Shown in pieces: positions 19,074 through 26,626 of a stretch of 33,183 nucleotides of DNA. The notes beneath the pieces were generated by a model. It had not been told where the DNA came from. It did no database searches and worked only from the letters and a program-made list of their open reading frames with translations. Position 1 is the first letter of the stretch; the number at the start of each line of letters is the position of its first letter. The position numbers were made by a program, and so were the translations under genes. This DNA is from a virus (lineage: Duplodnaviria > Caudoviricetes): positions 1 through 33,183 of IMG/VR virus record IMGVR_UViG_3300027798_000134; one strand, given 5' to 3'.

Positions 19074-19387
19074 TGACAAAGAAAGAATTTAAGGAGATCA
19101 TCGACCTTATGATCGAATCCTATGCAACACAACAGAAGGCATACGACATCGGCATCGACACACTAGATTTTAACCCTTCGGATGAGATGATAATAAACAA
19201 GCTCTGGAAGTATGTTCTTACAAAAGAAGGTTGTGACTGGCTTAACTGGTATCTATACGACAAGGATGGAATAAGCGGAAAACCAAAGAAGCACATGGAG
19301 GCACACGATGATGGAAAAGAAATATGTCAGTCGGTAGGCAAGCTGTACGAGTACCTGGTTAAACAAAAATACTTTAGGGTATCATAA
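19073..19387 (+). CDS. Hypothetical phage protein
   Basis: 104 aa, TAATG-coupled. DWLNWYLYD and LYEYL motifs. Confidence 0.7.
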   Translation: MTKKEFKEIIDLMIESYATQQKAYDIGIDTLDFNPSDEMIINKLWKYVLTKEGCDWLNWYLYDKDGISGKPKKHMEAHDDGKEICQSVGKLYEYLVKQKYFRVS

Positions 19388-19411
19388 ATCTGTCCGAATT
19401 ATAGCATATAT

Positions 19412-19592
19412 TTGTGACGAACTATAGTGTCACAATTTTACAAATAATTGTGACAAATTATTGGCACTAAAACAAAAAAGTGCCGAAATATAGTTTTTAA
19501 ACAAGGTTATATCCTTACATTTTTTTAAAATAGAAAGGGTATAACCATTATAACTTAATTTTGCATTATAACAAAGGGTGTGTTACAATGCA
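19412..19592. repeat. Cluster of tightly packed, mostly unrelated inverted repeats
   Basis: TTGTGAC/GTCACAA; TGTCACAATT/AATTGTGACA; TTGGCACT/AGTGCCGA; GGTTATATCCTT/AAGGGTATAACC; TGCATTATAACA/TGTTACAATGCA. Confidence 0.8.
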
Positions 19593-19607
19593 TTCAAAAA
19601 AATTAAT

Positions 19608-19805
19608 ATGTTAGACATAACTACATGCAAAGGGCAAAATTGCCCAGTCAAAGACCAGTGCAAAAGATACACAGCTAAGGAATTATTGCTGCAATCTTAC
19701 TTTATGGAATCTCCTATTAAGGATGGTAAATGTGATATGTATTGGGGTGAGGGTGCTGAATCAATTTTTAATCAGTTAAAAGAAATACTAAACAAACAAG
19801 ACTAA
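19608..19805 (+). CDS. Small Cys-rich hypothetical protein
   Basis: MLDITTCKGQNCPVKDQCKRY...CDMYW, possibly metal-binding. ATG at 19608. Confidence 0.7.
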   Translation: MLDITTCKGQNCPVKDQCKRYTAKELLLQSYFMESPIKDGKCDMYWGEGAESIFNQLKEILNKQD

Positions 19806-20011
19806 TGAAAACAGCAGTAGAATGGTTATTATTTGAACTATCAAAAAATGGATTATTACCTGATGGAATCCCAAGTGATATACACAACAAAGCCAAAGAA
19901 ATGGAGAAAGAGCAGATAATTAGTGTTTACTGGGATGCATATAACGAAGGCAAATATAGCACAGATAAAACAGCAGAGGAATACTATAAAGAAATATTTA
20001 AAGAAGAGTAA
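19805..20011 (+). CDS. Small hypothetical phage protein (MKTAVEWL...AKEMEKEQI type)
   Basis: 68 aa, TAATG-coupled to the previous ORF. Confidence 0.75.
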   Translation: MKTAVEWLLFELSKNGLLPDGIPSDIHNKAKEMEKEQIISVYWDAYNEGKYSTDKTAEEYYKEIFKEE

Positions 20012-20053
20012 GTTACCCCAGTTCTATGTATAAAAAAACTAACATTAACCCCA

Positions 20054-20160
20054 ATTTTTAGCTATAATGTTGGCTATTACAAACATAAAGACGCATTTTT
20101 AGCTATAATGTTGGCTATTACAAACATAAAGACGCATTTTGTTTGTAATAGCCAACATTA
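20054..20160. repeat. 41-bp tandem duplication plus a 21-bp inverted repeat
   Basis: Copies at 20054-20094 and 20095-20135. Arm 20106-20126 is the exact reverse complement of 20140-20160. Confidence 0.9.
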
Positions 20161-20276
20161 AGTATATGCAAGAGCATACATTATAAATACACTAAATAGT
20201 GCCTCCTATTGCTCTTTCAATTGCTATTTCTAAAAATAATCGCACACTTACACACAAAAGAGCAGTATAGTGCACA

Positions 20277-20690
20277 CTACATCTTATTTAATTCTGAGTA
20301 GATGGTTCCAGTTAGATACGCAATGTGCTCGTTGTCACCTGTGGGATTGAACTCCAATCCATGGTGTGAGCATATGTTCTGCACCAGGTGATACGTCTCG
20401 TGTGACAGCGTGTTCACATGCTCCGACTTATACTCCTCACACATGTTCATAAACATAAAGTGAACGCTTCCGTACTTTGTCTTCTCCTTAGCAACAAAGC
20501 CATACGCATCCCTATACTCACTCGCATCATAGCTCTCGCAGTCAACATTAATTCCCTTCAGAAACTTTATTACCTGGTCGTATCCCTTACCATCATTAAA
20601 CCTCACAAAGCATATCTTGCTTGAGTATATCGGGAGGATGAACATCCTTAAATAAAAATTCTTTTTCTTGATCTCGAGTATAGTATCCAT
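20277..20690 (-). CDS. HEXXH zincin-like protein
   Basis: 137 aa. TLSHETYHLV...NEHIAYLTG. Confidence 0.7.
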   Translation of the reverse strand: MDTILEIKKKNFYLRMFILPIYSSKICFVRFNDGKGYDQVIKFLKGINVDCESYDASEYRDAYGFVAKEKTKYGSVHFMFMNMCEEYKSEHVNTLSHETYHLVQNICSHHGLEFNPTGDNEHIAYLTGTIYSELNKM

Positions 20691-20732
20691 ATCCTAAAGA
20701 TACGGAATAATCACCCTCGACTAAAAGCTAAA

Positions 20733-21788
20733 CTAAAATATATGTGTCAGCCTAGCTACCTGACCATACTTCGGGTGGTGAATGTATGCCTCTATAGCCT
20801 TTGGAGCACCCTCGTAGCCATTTCTGCTGTGCCATCCATCCGCACCACTCGCAGACCTTGAGCTCTCTATCGTTACCCCCTGGTAATCCTTCGCATTCTT
20901 ATGGTGTACATGGTGAGTATAAATATATCTGTGCTTTGCCTTACTCCACCCCTTGCACTCGTGTGCCATTAGCAACGGAAGATCAGCGTTCTTTGCCCCA
21001 TCACCATGTGTAGTCCCTATCAGATTGTCGTGGTAAACAAAATACTTCCTGTGCTTCATGTCCGTATCAAACGTAACATTCTTACTACCCTTGAACCATA
21101 CCCTCAGCGTCTCAGCCAAAAACCATCCAGTCATATAGTCGTGGTTACTAACATTGTGTATCACATGAACATCCGCATAGGGCATCAGCTTCTCTATAAT
21201 CTCCACATAAAGCTTCTCCGCCAACAGAAAGTTATCATACCACATCCCATCAGTATCCTGAGGTGTGCCACTCGTTGTCGTTCTCTTCGAATTGTCTGTG
21301 TGAAGTATATCATTACCTATAACCAAAACAATCTTATCAACATTAAACCCATTCGCCTTCTCCAGCAACCCATCAACACCCTCACGAACCCTCCTTACAG
21401 CTATACTATTATTATACCTATCGTTAACCTCATACTCACTGCCCAACTTACCTATATGTATGTCAGCAGGATCAATAACCAAACAGTGCATGTCCTTCGA
21501 CTTTACCCTCTTTATCACTGGGTACTTAGGACTGTGCCTATCCATATCCCTCAGCAGCTCACTCTTCAAGTCAACCAGCGACTTGGTGTTCGGCTTGGCA
21601 AACATACTGAAAACCTTACTCTTATACCAATAATGCTTTACCGTCATAGGATCTATCCCAGCTGTCTCACACTCCTCTTCCAACAACGACATCTGTACCC
21701 TATAATTCTTTATCAAGTCAACCTCGTCATCACTCAACCTAGGTCTGTTTAAACTGTCAGCCTCACCTAAATTTCTTTTGTTAGCCAT
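20733..21788 (-). CDS. Calcineurin-like metallophosphoesterase
   Basis: ADIHIG, GNDILH, SNHD, THGD and HHVHH motifs. Likely start ATG at 21788 (MANKRNL), downstream of a TAAGTTTG box. Confidence 0.85.
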   Translation of the reverse strand: MANKRNLGEADSLNRPRLSDDEVDLIKNYRVQMSLLEEECETAGIDPMTVKHYWYKSKVFSMFAKPNTKSLVDLKSELLRDMDRHSPKYPVIKRVKSKDMHCLVIDPADIHIGKLGSEYEVNDRYNNSIAVRRVREGVDGLLEKANGFNVDKIVLVIGNDILHTDNSKRTTTSGTPQDTDGMWYDNFLLAEKLYVEIIEKLMPYADVHVIHNVSNHDYMTGWFLAETLRVWFKGSKNVTFDTDMKHRKYFVYHDNLIGTTHGDGAKNADLPLLMAHECKGWSKAKHRYIYTHHVHHKNAKDYQGVTIESSRSASGADGWHSRNGYEGAPKAIEAYIHHPKYGQVARLTHIF

Positions 21789-22274
21789 GTGTAAGTTATT
21801 AGTTTCCGCAAACTTAAACATTATTATTCTAATATGCAAGATATATCCAAAATTCATCCCAAAGCCATACACATTCTATGAAAAATTCATGCAAAATATG
21901 CCAAAATTCTAAAAAAAGTTTGCCCTTAGACCAATGGCAGTGCACCATCCAGAAACACACCCTTAAAAAGGGTGGACACGATAGGGTGGATCGCTTTTAA
22001 GAATGAAAAACAGGGTGGATTCCTGGGGAAAAATGATTTACAGGAGTTAGGGACAGGGGTTAAACGTACCAAACGGGGGGGGGCTAGCCGTTCCGAAAGC
22101 AATTCTAACGCTATCGGGTGGGTATCGAATCGAGATTGAAAGCCTCGTTGAAACGAACCGAAACCGAATCGTAACAAGGGTTACAGAGCCGACTAACACA
22201 AACAAATGAGTTCTGTTTTGTTTTCTAAGCCGACATACCCTCTGATCAGTGCACTAACAAAGGAAACTAAATTA

Positions 22275-22306
22275 TTTGGAGAACTGTTTTTATAACTGTA
22301 TCTTTG
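22275..22306 (+). promoter_or_regulatory. Bacteroidota promoter TTTG-N20-TATCTTTG
   Basis: Consensus match upstream of the HTH gene. Confidence 0.65.
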
Positions 22307-22383
22307 TGCATGTGACTGAAGGATTTCCGTTTACCATCTTTCCTCACAGCACAGCAAATAACCGTAACTAAAACCGTATCACT

Positions 22384-22686
22384 ATGGCAATCTTATACAG
22401 AGCGCAAGAGAATAACCCTATCGTCTTCAGAGGGAAGAAAGCAGGACTATCGAGAACAGACATTGCAAGGGCTTTAAACGTCAGTAATTTAACTCTGAGA
22501 GAATGGATACACAACCCCTATTTAATCCGCCTAGGAGATCTTTTAACCTTAGCGGGACTGTTTGGGATGTCTGTTGAAGAGCTAGTGTATATCCTAGTTA
22601 GAAACAAGCCGAATGTTGATGCTAGACTATCTAAAGAAAAAGAAGGTAAATGGTATATAGAGAGTATTAGAGAAAAGAATAAGTAA
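22384..22686 (+). CDS. XRE/Cro-like helix-turn-helix regulator
   Basis: GLSRTDIARALNVSNLTLREWI...LAGLFGMSVEEL. Confidence 0.8.
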   Translation: MAILYRAQENNPIVFRGKKAGLSRTDIARALNVSNLTLREWIHNPYLIRLGDLLTLAGLFGMSVEELVYILVRNKPNVDARLSKEKEGKWYIESIREKNK

Positions 22687-23468
22687 GATCATTAGGATGT
22701 CCCTTCGGGCAACCCGCTTTTTGTTCCAATCTCTGCCAAAAAAGGGCAGAGGATTTCCACTACAATCGGGCATATCTGCGGAATGTTTTAAGCACATTTT
22801 ACATGAGATGCAAAAGGACGTTATCGGCAAAATTGAAAAACAAGAAAAAAGGGCTGTAACGTATAATCACAAAGGGCTGGATGCTATTTTCTCGATTTTT
22901 ACCCTCTCATCTGGTAAGCATGTTTTTGGTCATTTTTGGTATTTATTCTTGAACATGACATGCAAAAAAGTCTTTATTCTTTCACGTCTATTTTAGTCTT
23001 ATTTTTTACTGTTTATCTTGTATGTTTTTTTATAGCTTTAAAGAAAGAAAAGAAGTAAGAAACAACGAGTAAGAAACTGTTAAGAAAAGAAAGAAAAGTC
23101 CCCTAGGAAAAGTAATTTTCACGCTCTAAAATAGAGCATGTGTTCGGTCCAAAAATCATCTACAATTTAAGTTTAGGCAATAAGGAACAAAGGCCATACA
23201 TTCCATGAGAACATCTGCTATACCTTGAATTCATATCGTTTATTTTTATTCATCACCTATATATATAAAAAGTAAAAGCCCTTTCCAATTTCTCGGAAGG
23301 GCTATTAATGAAAGGGCTTTACTAACAGTATACTGTTATTTTTGATGTAATACTTTAAATGCTTTTATTATCCTTCCGAGATAACAGCACAAACATACAT
23401 AAAAACATAATACGAGCATAAAAAAAGCATCATTATTTTTAAAATAAGTCAAAAAATAGTCATTTCTT

Positions 23469-23487
23469 ATTTAGAATCATTCTAAAG
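23469..23487. promoter_or_regulatory. Palindromic operator-like box ATTTAGAATCATTCTAAAG
   Basis: TTTAGAAT-c-ATTCTAAA is a perfect dyad, related to the three late-promoter boxes. Confidence 0.6.
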
Positions 23488-23637
23488 TTAGCCTCTACAG
23501 ACCGCATAAACATTGTAAAAATGAAAATACTTTGCATTTTTATGCAATGTGTGTTTTAAAAATAAATATTTCTACATGCATTGATTTCATTATGTGTTCA
23601 GAGGTAGTGAAAAAGTGAAACCCTTTATCCATGCCGC

Positions 23638-23668
23638 TTGTGGGATTAGTATTGTCACCATATATTTG
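23638..23668 (+). promoter_or_regulatory. Bacteroidota promoter TTG-N20-TATATTTG at the head of the small-ORF array
   Basis: -7 box at 23661-23668, followed by an A-rich leader and the ATG at 23703. Confidence 0.65.
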
Positions 23669-23702
23669 TATCAGAAAAACAAACAACTAAAAAACTAAAA
23701 TT

Positions 23703-23981
23703 ATGAAAACTCAAGTAACAAAATTAGAAATGGAATTATTAAATTTAATAAAACTTTATACAGAGGAACAATTTAGTAGTGATACCCCAATGTGGTGTTA
23801 TACAAATGATATAGATACAGATATGGTTATTATGAGGGGAGTTATTAGTTCACTTATTAAAAAAGGAATTATAAATACTAAATCATACCAATCTACAAAT
23901 GATGCTTTAGAAGTTGATTCAAAATATTATGAAGTAGGTGAAGATTATATTGCAAAGTTTATAACATTAGAAGTAAAATAA
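23703..23981 (+). CDS. Small protein, possible winged helix
   Basis: 92 aa. MRGVISSLIKKGII motif. Confidence 0.7.
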   Translation: MKTQVTKLEMELLNLIKLYTEEQFSSDTPMWCYTNDIDTDMVIMRGVISSLIKKGIINTKSYQSTNDALEVDSKYYEVGEDYIAKFITLEVK

Positions 23982-24036
23982 ATAACAAAGGGGAGCAGTA
24001 TCCTATCAACTGCATTAACTTTAAACACTAGAAATC

Positions 24037-24126
24037 ATGTACACAAGAAAAGAAAAATTAGTTCTAAAATTAGCAATCCTTTATGTTATCACTGCTATCT
24101 GTTTACTGTTCATTTTACGATATTAA
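24037..24126 (+). CDS. 29-aa membrane peptide (not in the ORF track)
   Basis: MYTRKEKLVLKLAILYVITAICLLFILRY with an A-rich leader. Confidence 0.55.
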   Translation: MYTRKEKLVLKLAILYVITAICLLFILRY

Positions 24127-24133
24127 AAAAAAA

Positions 24134-24163
24134 TGTAACCTTTCAAAATTATCAGCGTATAAC
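24134..24163 (+). promoter_or_regulatory. ECF-type promoter TGTAACC-N15-CGTATAAC
   Basis: Repeated motif upstream of the 24192 ORF. Confidence 0.75.
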
Positions 24164-24191
24164 GAGTATAAACAATCTAAAAACTAAAATT

Positions 24192-24428
24192 ATGGAACTA
24201 ATTAAAAAATTCAAACCGTCTCAGAAATTAACAAAAATTCAAGTAGAAGAAGCAATGAAAGAGGGAGCAATACTTTCACTGACTCGCAGCCCTTATCCTC
24301 GCTGGATTTTAACTTTTGCGGATGATACCTGCCATGAATACATTAGAAAAGATGCTACGGTGGGATTAGAAAACATTGAATTGTTTCATGTAGATAAATT
24401 TGCAGATTCTTATAGACTAAAAAAATAA
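24192..24428 (+). CDS. Small hypothetical protein
   Basis: 78 aa with its own promoter and A-rich leader. Confidence 0.7.
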   Translation: MELIKKFKPSQKLTKIQVEEAMKEGAILSLTRSPYPRWILTFADDTCHEYIRKDATVGLENIELFHVDKFADSYRLKK

Positions 24429-24429
24429 A

Positions 24430-24459
24430 TGTAACCTTTCAAAATAACATCCGTATAAC
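24430..24459 (+). promoter_or_regulatory. ECF-type promoter TGTAACC-N15-CGTATAAC
   Basis: Repeated motif upstream of the 24488 ORF. Confidence 0.75.
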
Positions 24460-24487
24460 AAGTATAAACAACTAAAACCTAAACACT

Positions 24488-24673
24488 ATGAAAAATCTAA
24501 CAGCAAAGCAAAAAATCACTAGCAACAGTCACTCCTTGAGACTCCGTAACATGATGAGTGATGAACTAAAAAAAGCGATCAGAGAGAATTTAAGTCAAGA
24601 GGTGATCACTTATTATCAGAGAGAAATTGACGAAATAAACGAGCATCTAGACAGTCTAGGCTTCAGAGATTAA
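24488..24673 (+). CDS. Small hypothetical protein
   Basis: 61 aa with an AAACACTATG leader. Confidence 0.7.
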   Translation: MKNLTAKQKITSNSHSLRLRNMMSDELKKAIRENLSQEVITYYQREIDEINEHLDSLGFRD

Positions 24674-24675
24674 AA

Positions 24676-24731
24676 AGTTAACTGATGAGTCCTGAATGGA
24701 CGAAACGAGCAGAACATCGCTCGTCTTAACT
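24676..24731 (+). ncRNA. Hammerhead ribozyme, type I
   Basis: Stem I AGTTAA/TTAACT; core CTGATGA; stem II GTCC-tgaat-GGAC; GAAA; stem III CGAGC-agaacatc-GCTCG; GTC cleavage triplet (cut after 24725). Confidence 0.93.
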
Positions 24732-24746
24732 AAAAAAATAAACACT

Positions 24747-24884
24747 ATGAAAACTGACAAGCAATTACAATTTTTTTCTAAATGGAGAAACAAATGGATA
24801 GACTTCAAAAATCCTCCGACAGCAGAAGAGATGAAAAGTTATAGAGATCATAAATATGAGATCAGAGAAAAAAAATCAAAATAA
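24747..24884 (+). CDS. Small hypothetical protein (45 aa)
   Basis: MKTDKQLQFFSKW... after AAACACTATG. The ORF-track start at 24696 falls inside the ribozyme. Confidence 0.65.
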   Translation: MKTDKQLQFFSKWRNKWIDFKNPPTAEEMKSYRDHKYEIREKKSK

Positions 24885-24885
24885 A

Positions 24886-24915
24886 TGTAACCTTAATTAA
24901 AATCCAGCGTATAAC
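24886..24915 (+). promoter_or_regulatory. ECF-type promoter TGTAACC-N15-CGTATAAC
   Basis: Repeated motif upstream of the 24933 ORF. Confidence 0.75.
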
Positions 24916-24932
24916 TAATAAAAACAAACAAC

Positions 24933-25124
24933 ATGAACGAATATAAAATTATCACACTGAGAGATGACAGCGAAAAGATCATCAAAGGTAACGAGGGCAA
25001 ATTAAGACGATACATCTTCAATAATTACAGCGGAGACATTCAAAAAATACTCCGCCACACAGTGAAGGTGACAGTGAAAGAAGAGGGCGAAAGCGAATTT
25101 AAAGACTTCAAAACTGCATGGTAA
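24933..25124 (+). CDS. Small hypothetical protein
   Basis: 63 aa with its own promoter. Confidence 0.7.
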   Translation: MNEYKIITLRDDSEKIIKGNEGKLRRYIFNNYSGDIQKILRHTVKVTVKEEGESEFKDFKTAW

Positions 25125-25141
25125 AAAAAAATCAAAATAAA

Positions 25142-25171
25142 TGTAACCTTTAAAAAATCACCCCGTATAAC
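25142..25171 (+). promoter_or_regulatory. ECF-type promoter TGTAACC-N15-CGTATAAC
   Basis: Repeated motif upstream of the 25203 ORF. Confidence 0.75.
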
Positions 25172-25202
25172 AAGTAAATTAACCACTAAAACTATAAACA
25201 CT

Positions 25203-25388
25203 ATGAAAACTGAAGACACAACAAATCCAACATTTTCCGTTACATTGATTCGCCACGAATTTGAAAAAATAAAAATTGATGTTTATAACTATAAACTTTA
25301 TAGTGAAGCAGAAGAAATCGTCAAAATAATGTATTCAGACTTTTTTAATGCAGGATGGAAAATAAAAAAAATAAAAAAAGAAATGTAA
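25203..25388 (+). CDS. Small hypothetical protein
   Basis: 61 aa. Its stop TAA lies inside the next promoter's TGTAACC. Confidence 0.7.
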   Translation: MKTEDTTNPTFSVTLIRHEFEKIKIDVYNYKLYSEAEEIVKIMYSDFFNAGWKIKKIKKEM

Positions 25389-25413
25389 CCTTTCAAAAAA
25401 TCCAGCGTATAAC
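25384..25413 (+). promoter_or_regulatory. ECF-type promoter TGTAACC-N15-CGTATAAC
   Basis: Repeated motif. The downstream GAGTATAAACAATCTAAAAA is identical to the 24134 copy. Confidence 0.75.
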
Positions 25414-25442
25414 GAGTATAAACAATCTAAAAAATAAACACT

Positions 25443-25778
25443 ATGAAAACTACAAGAGAAAAAATCGAAGCATCAATCCTGAGACAACAATACAGTCAAC
25501 GAGGAGGCGGAGTCGAAATTGACCTATCAAAATTCGGCTTCAGAGAGGGAAGCAGAATGTCAGCCTATCAAAATTATTTAGGCGGTGGAATGTTGGGAAG
25601 CATTCAGACAAACCACAACATCTTCAGGACATCATTCACTACCACTGAAGCAAAAAAATTGGAAAGAATAGCTACGGAACTAGCAAAGTATTTCCACGAT
25701 CTAACTAATCACGAGGACGATGAATGGGAGTCCGCATCCTTCGAAGAAAATCAAAACAGACCTTCATCTGCATACTAA
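25443..25778 (+). CDS. Hypothetical protein
   Basis: 111 aa. AYQNYLGGGMLG motif and an acidic tail. Confidence 0.75.
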   Translation: MKTTREKIEASILRQQYSQRGGGVEIDLSKFGFREGSRMSAYQNYLGGGMLGSIQTNHNIFRTSFTTTEAKKLERIATELAKYFHDLTNHEDDEWESASFEENQNRPSSAY

Positions 25779-25798
25779 CTTTAAAAACTATAAAAATT

Positions 25799-26104
25799 AT
25801 GAAAACAAAAAATCAATATCAAGATGGGAATTATTCATTCGAAAACAAATACAGCTATGCTCGTAAAAATATAAAGAATGACCATGTAAAATTAAAGGAT
25901 GGTACATTAGTTCATGTAGATGAATTCGTTAAAAAAAATAACTTCAGCAGTTTTAAATTTGAATTAATAAACGAAAAAATTCAGAACATTGATGAAGCAT
26001 TAAAACAAGCCCTAGAAACGGTTGAAAGTCTGCCCGACCAACAGAAGCACCTTGACGCTAGGTATTGGTTATTAAAACGCATAAAAGAGGCAGAAAAAGG
26101 TTAA
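25799..26104 (+). CDS. Hypothetical protein
   Basis: ATG at 25799 after an A-rich leader. The stop TAA is part of hammerhead stem I. Confidence 0.7.
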   Translation: MKTKNQYQDGNYSFENKYSYARKNIKNDHVKLKDGTLVHVDEFVKKNNFSSFKFELINEKIQNIDEALKQALETVESLPDQQKHLDARYWLLKRIKEAEKG

Positions 26105-26148
26105 CTGAAGAGGATTCAATATCCGAAACGCTGTGAAGCGTCTTAACC
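26099..26148 (+). ncRNA. Hammerhead ribozyme, type I
   Basis: Stem I GGTTAA/TTAACC; core CTGAAGA; stem II GGAT-tcaat-ATCC; GAAA; stem III CGCT-gtga-AGCG; GTC triplet (cut after 26142). Confidence 0.92.
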
Positions 26149-26165
26149 AAATAAAAAAAAACACT

Positions 26166-26411
26166 ATGAAAAATTCAAATTTCAACAGAAGATTCACCGT
26201 TCAGATCAGTGAACAAGGTACTACATGTTCAGTAAAAAATGTAACAGTAGAAAGGCTGACAGAGAAAAGAGACAGCGAATACGAGTGGATTTATTCTATT
26301 CAATCTGATTATCTAGATCAAATTCTCGATCTGAAGGTAGGAGAAAACATTTTCTTTCAACCGAATAGAGATGACAGTAAAAGTAAAGGGATCATAACAA
26401 GAATCTCTTAG
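26166..26411 (+). CDS. Hypothetical protein
   Basis: MKNSNFNRRF... after AAACACTATG. The ORF-track start at 26133 falls inside the ribozyme. Confidence 0.7.
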   Translation: MKNSNFNRRFTVQISEQGTTCSVKNVTVERLTEKRDSEYEWIYSIQSDYLDQILDLKVGENIFFQPNRDDSKSKGIITRIS

Positions 26412-26452
26412 TAACTAATAAAGAACGACTAACTAACTTAAAAAAAAACACT

Positions 26453-26572
26453 ATGAAAAAGCTATTGAAACGTATCCAAAAAATGTTTGCATCTGACAAA
26501 CAAGCAACACAAACAAGCCTCGAAAAAGAGTATATGAAGTATGAACGGTTTGCAAGGGTGGTGTTTGTATAA
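26453..26572 (+). CDS. 39-aa hypothetical protein (not in the ORF track)
   Basis: MKKLLKRIQKMFASDK...VVFV, after the partial repeat and AAACACTATG. Confidence 0.6.
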   Translation: MKKLLKRIQKMFASDKQATQTSLEKEYMKYERFARVVFV

Positions 26573-26626
26573 ACACCCCCGACATTAACTGAGAACGACT
26601 AACTAACTTTAAAAAAAAATACTACC

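Larger units (their letters stand above)
19055..19808 (+). repeat. 22-bp direct repeat ACTAAACAAACAAGACTAATGA at two gene junctions
   Basis: Identical copies at 19055-19076 and 19787-19808. Confidence 0.85.

Noticed and set aside
21006-21752. 248-aa plus-strand ORF
   Set aside because: It is antisense to the metallophosphoesterase, and its biased I/L/H/P composition is typical of a shadow frame.
21926-22996. ORFs 21926-22177, 22627-22830 and 22697-22996
   Set aside because: They lack A-rich leaders, have atypical composition and overlap repeat or hairpin DNA. They are probably non-coding, although 22697-22996 cannot be fully excluded.
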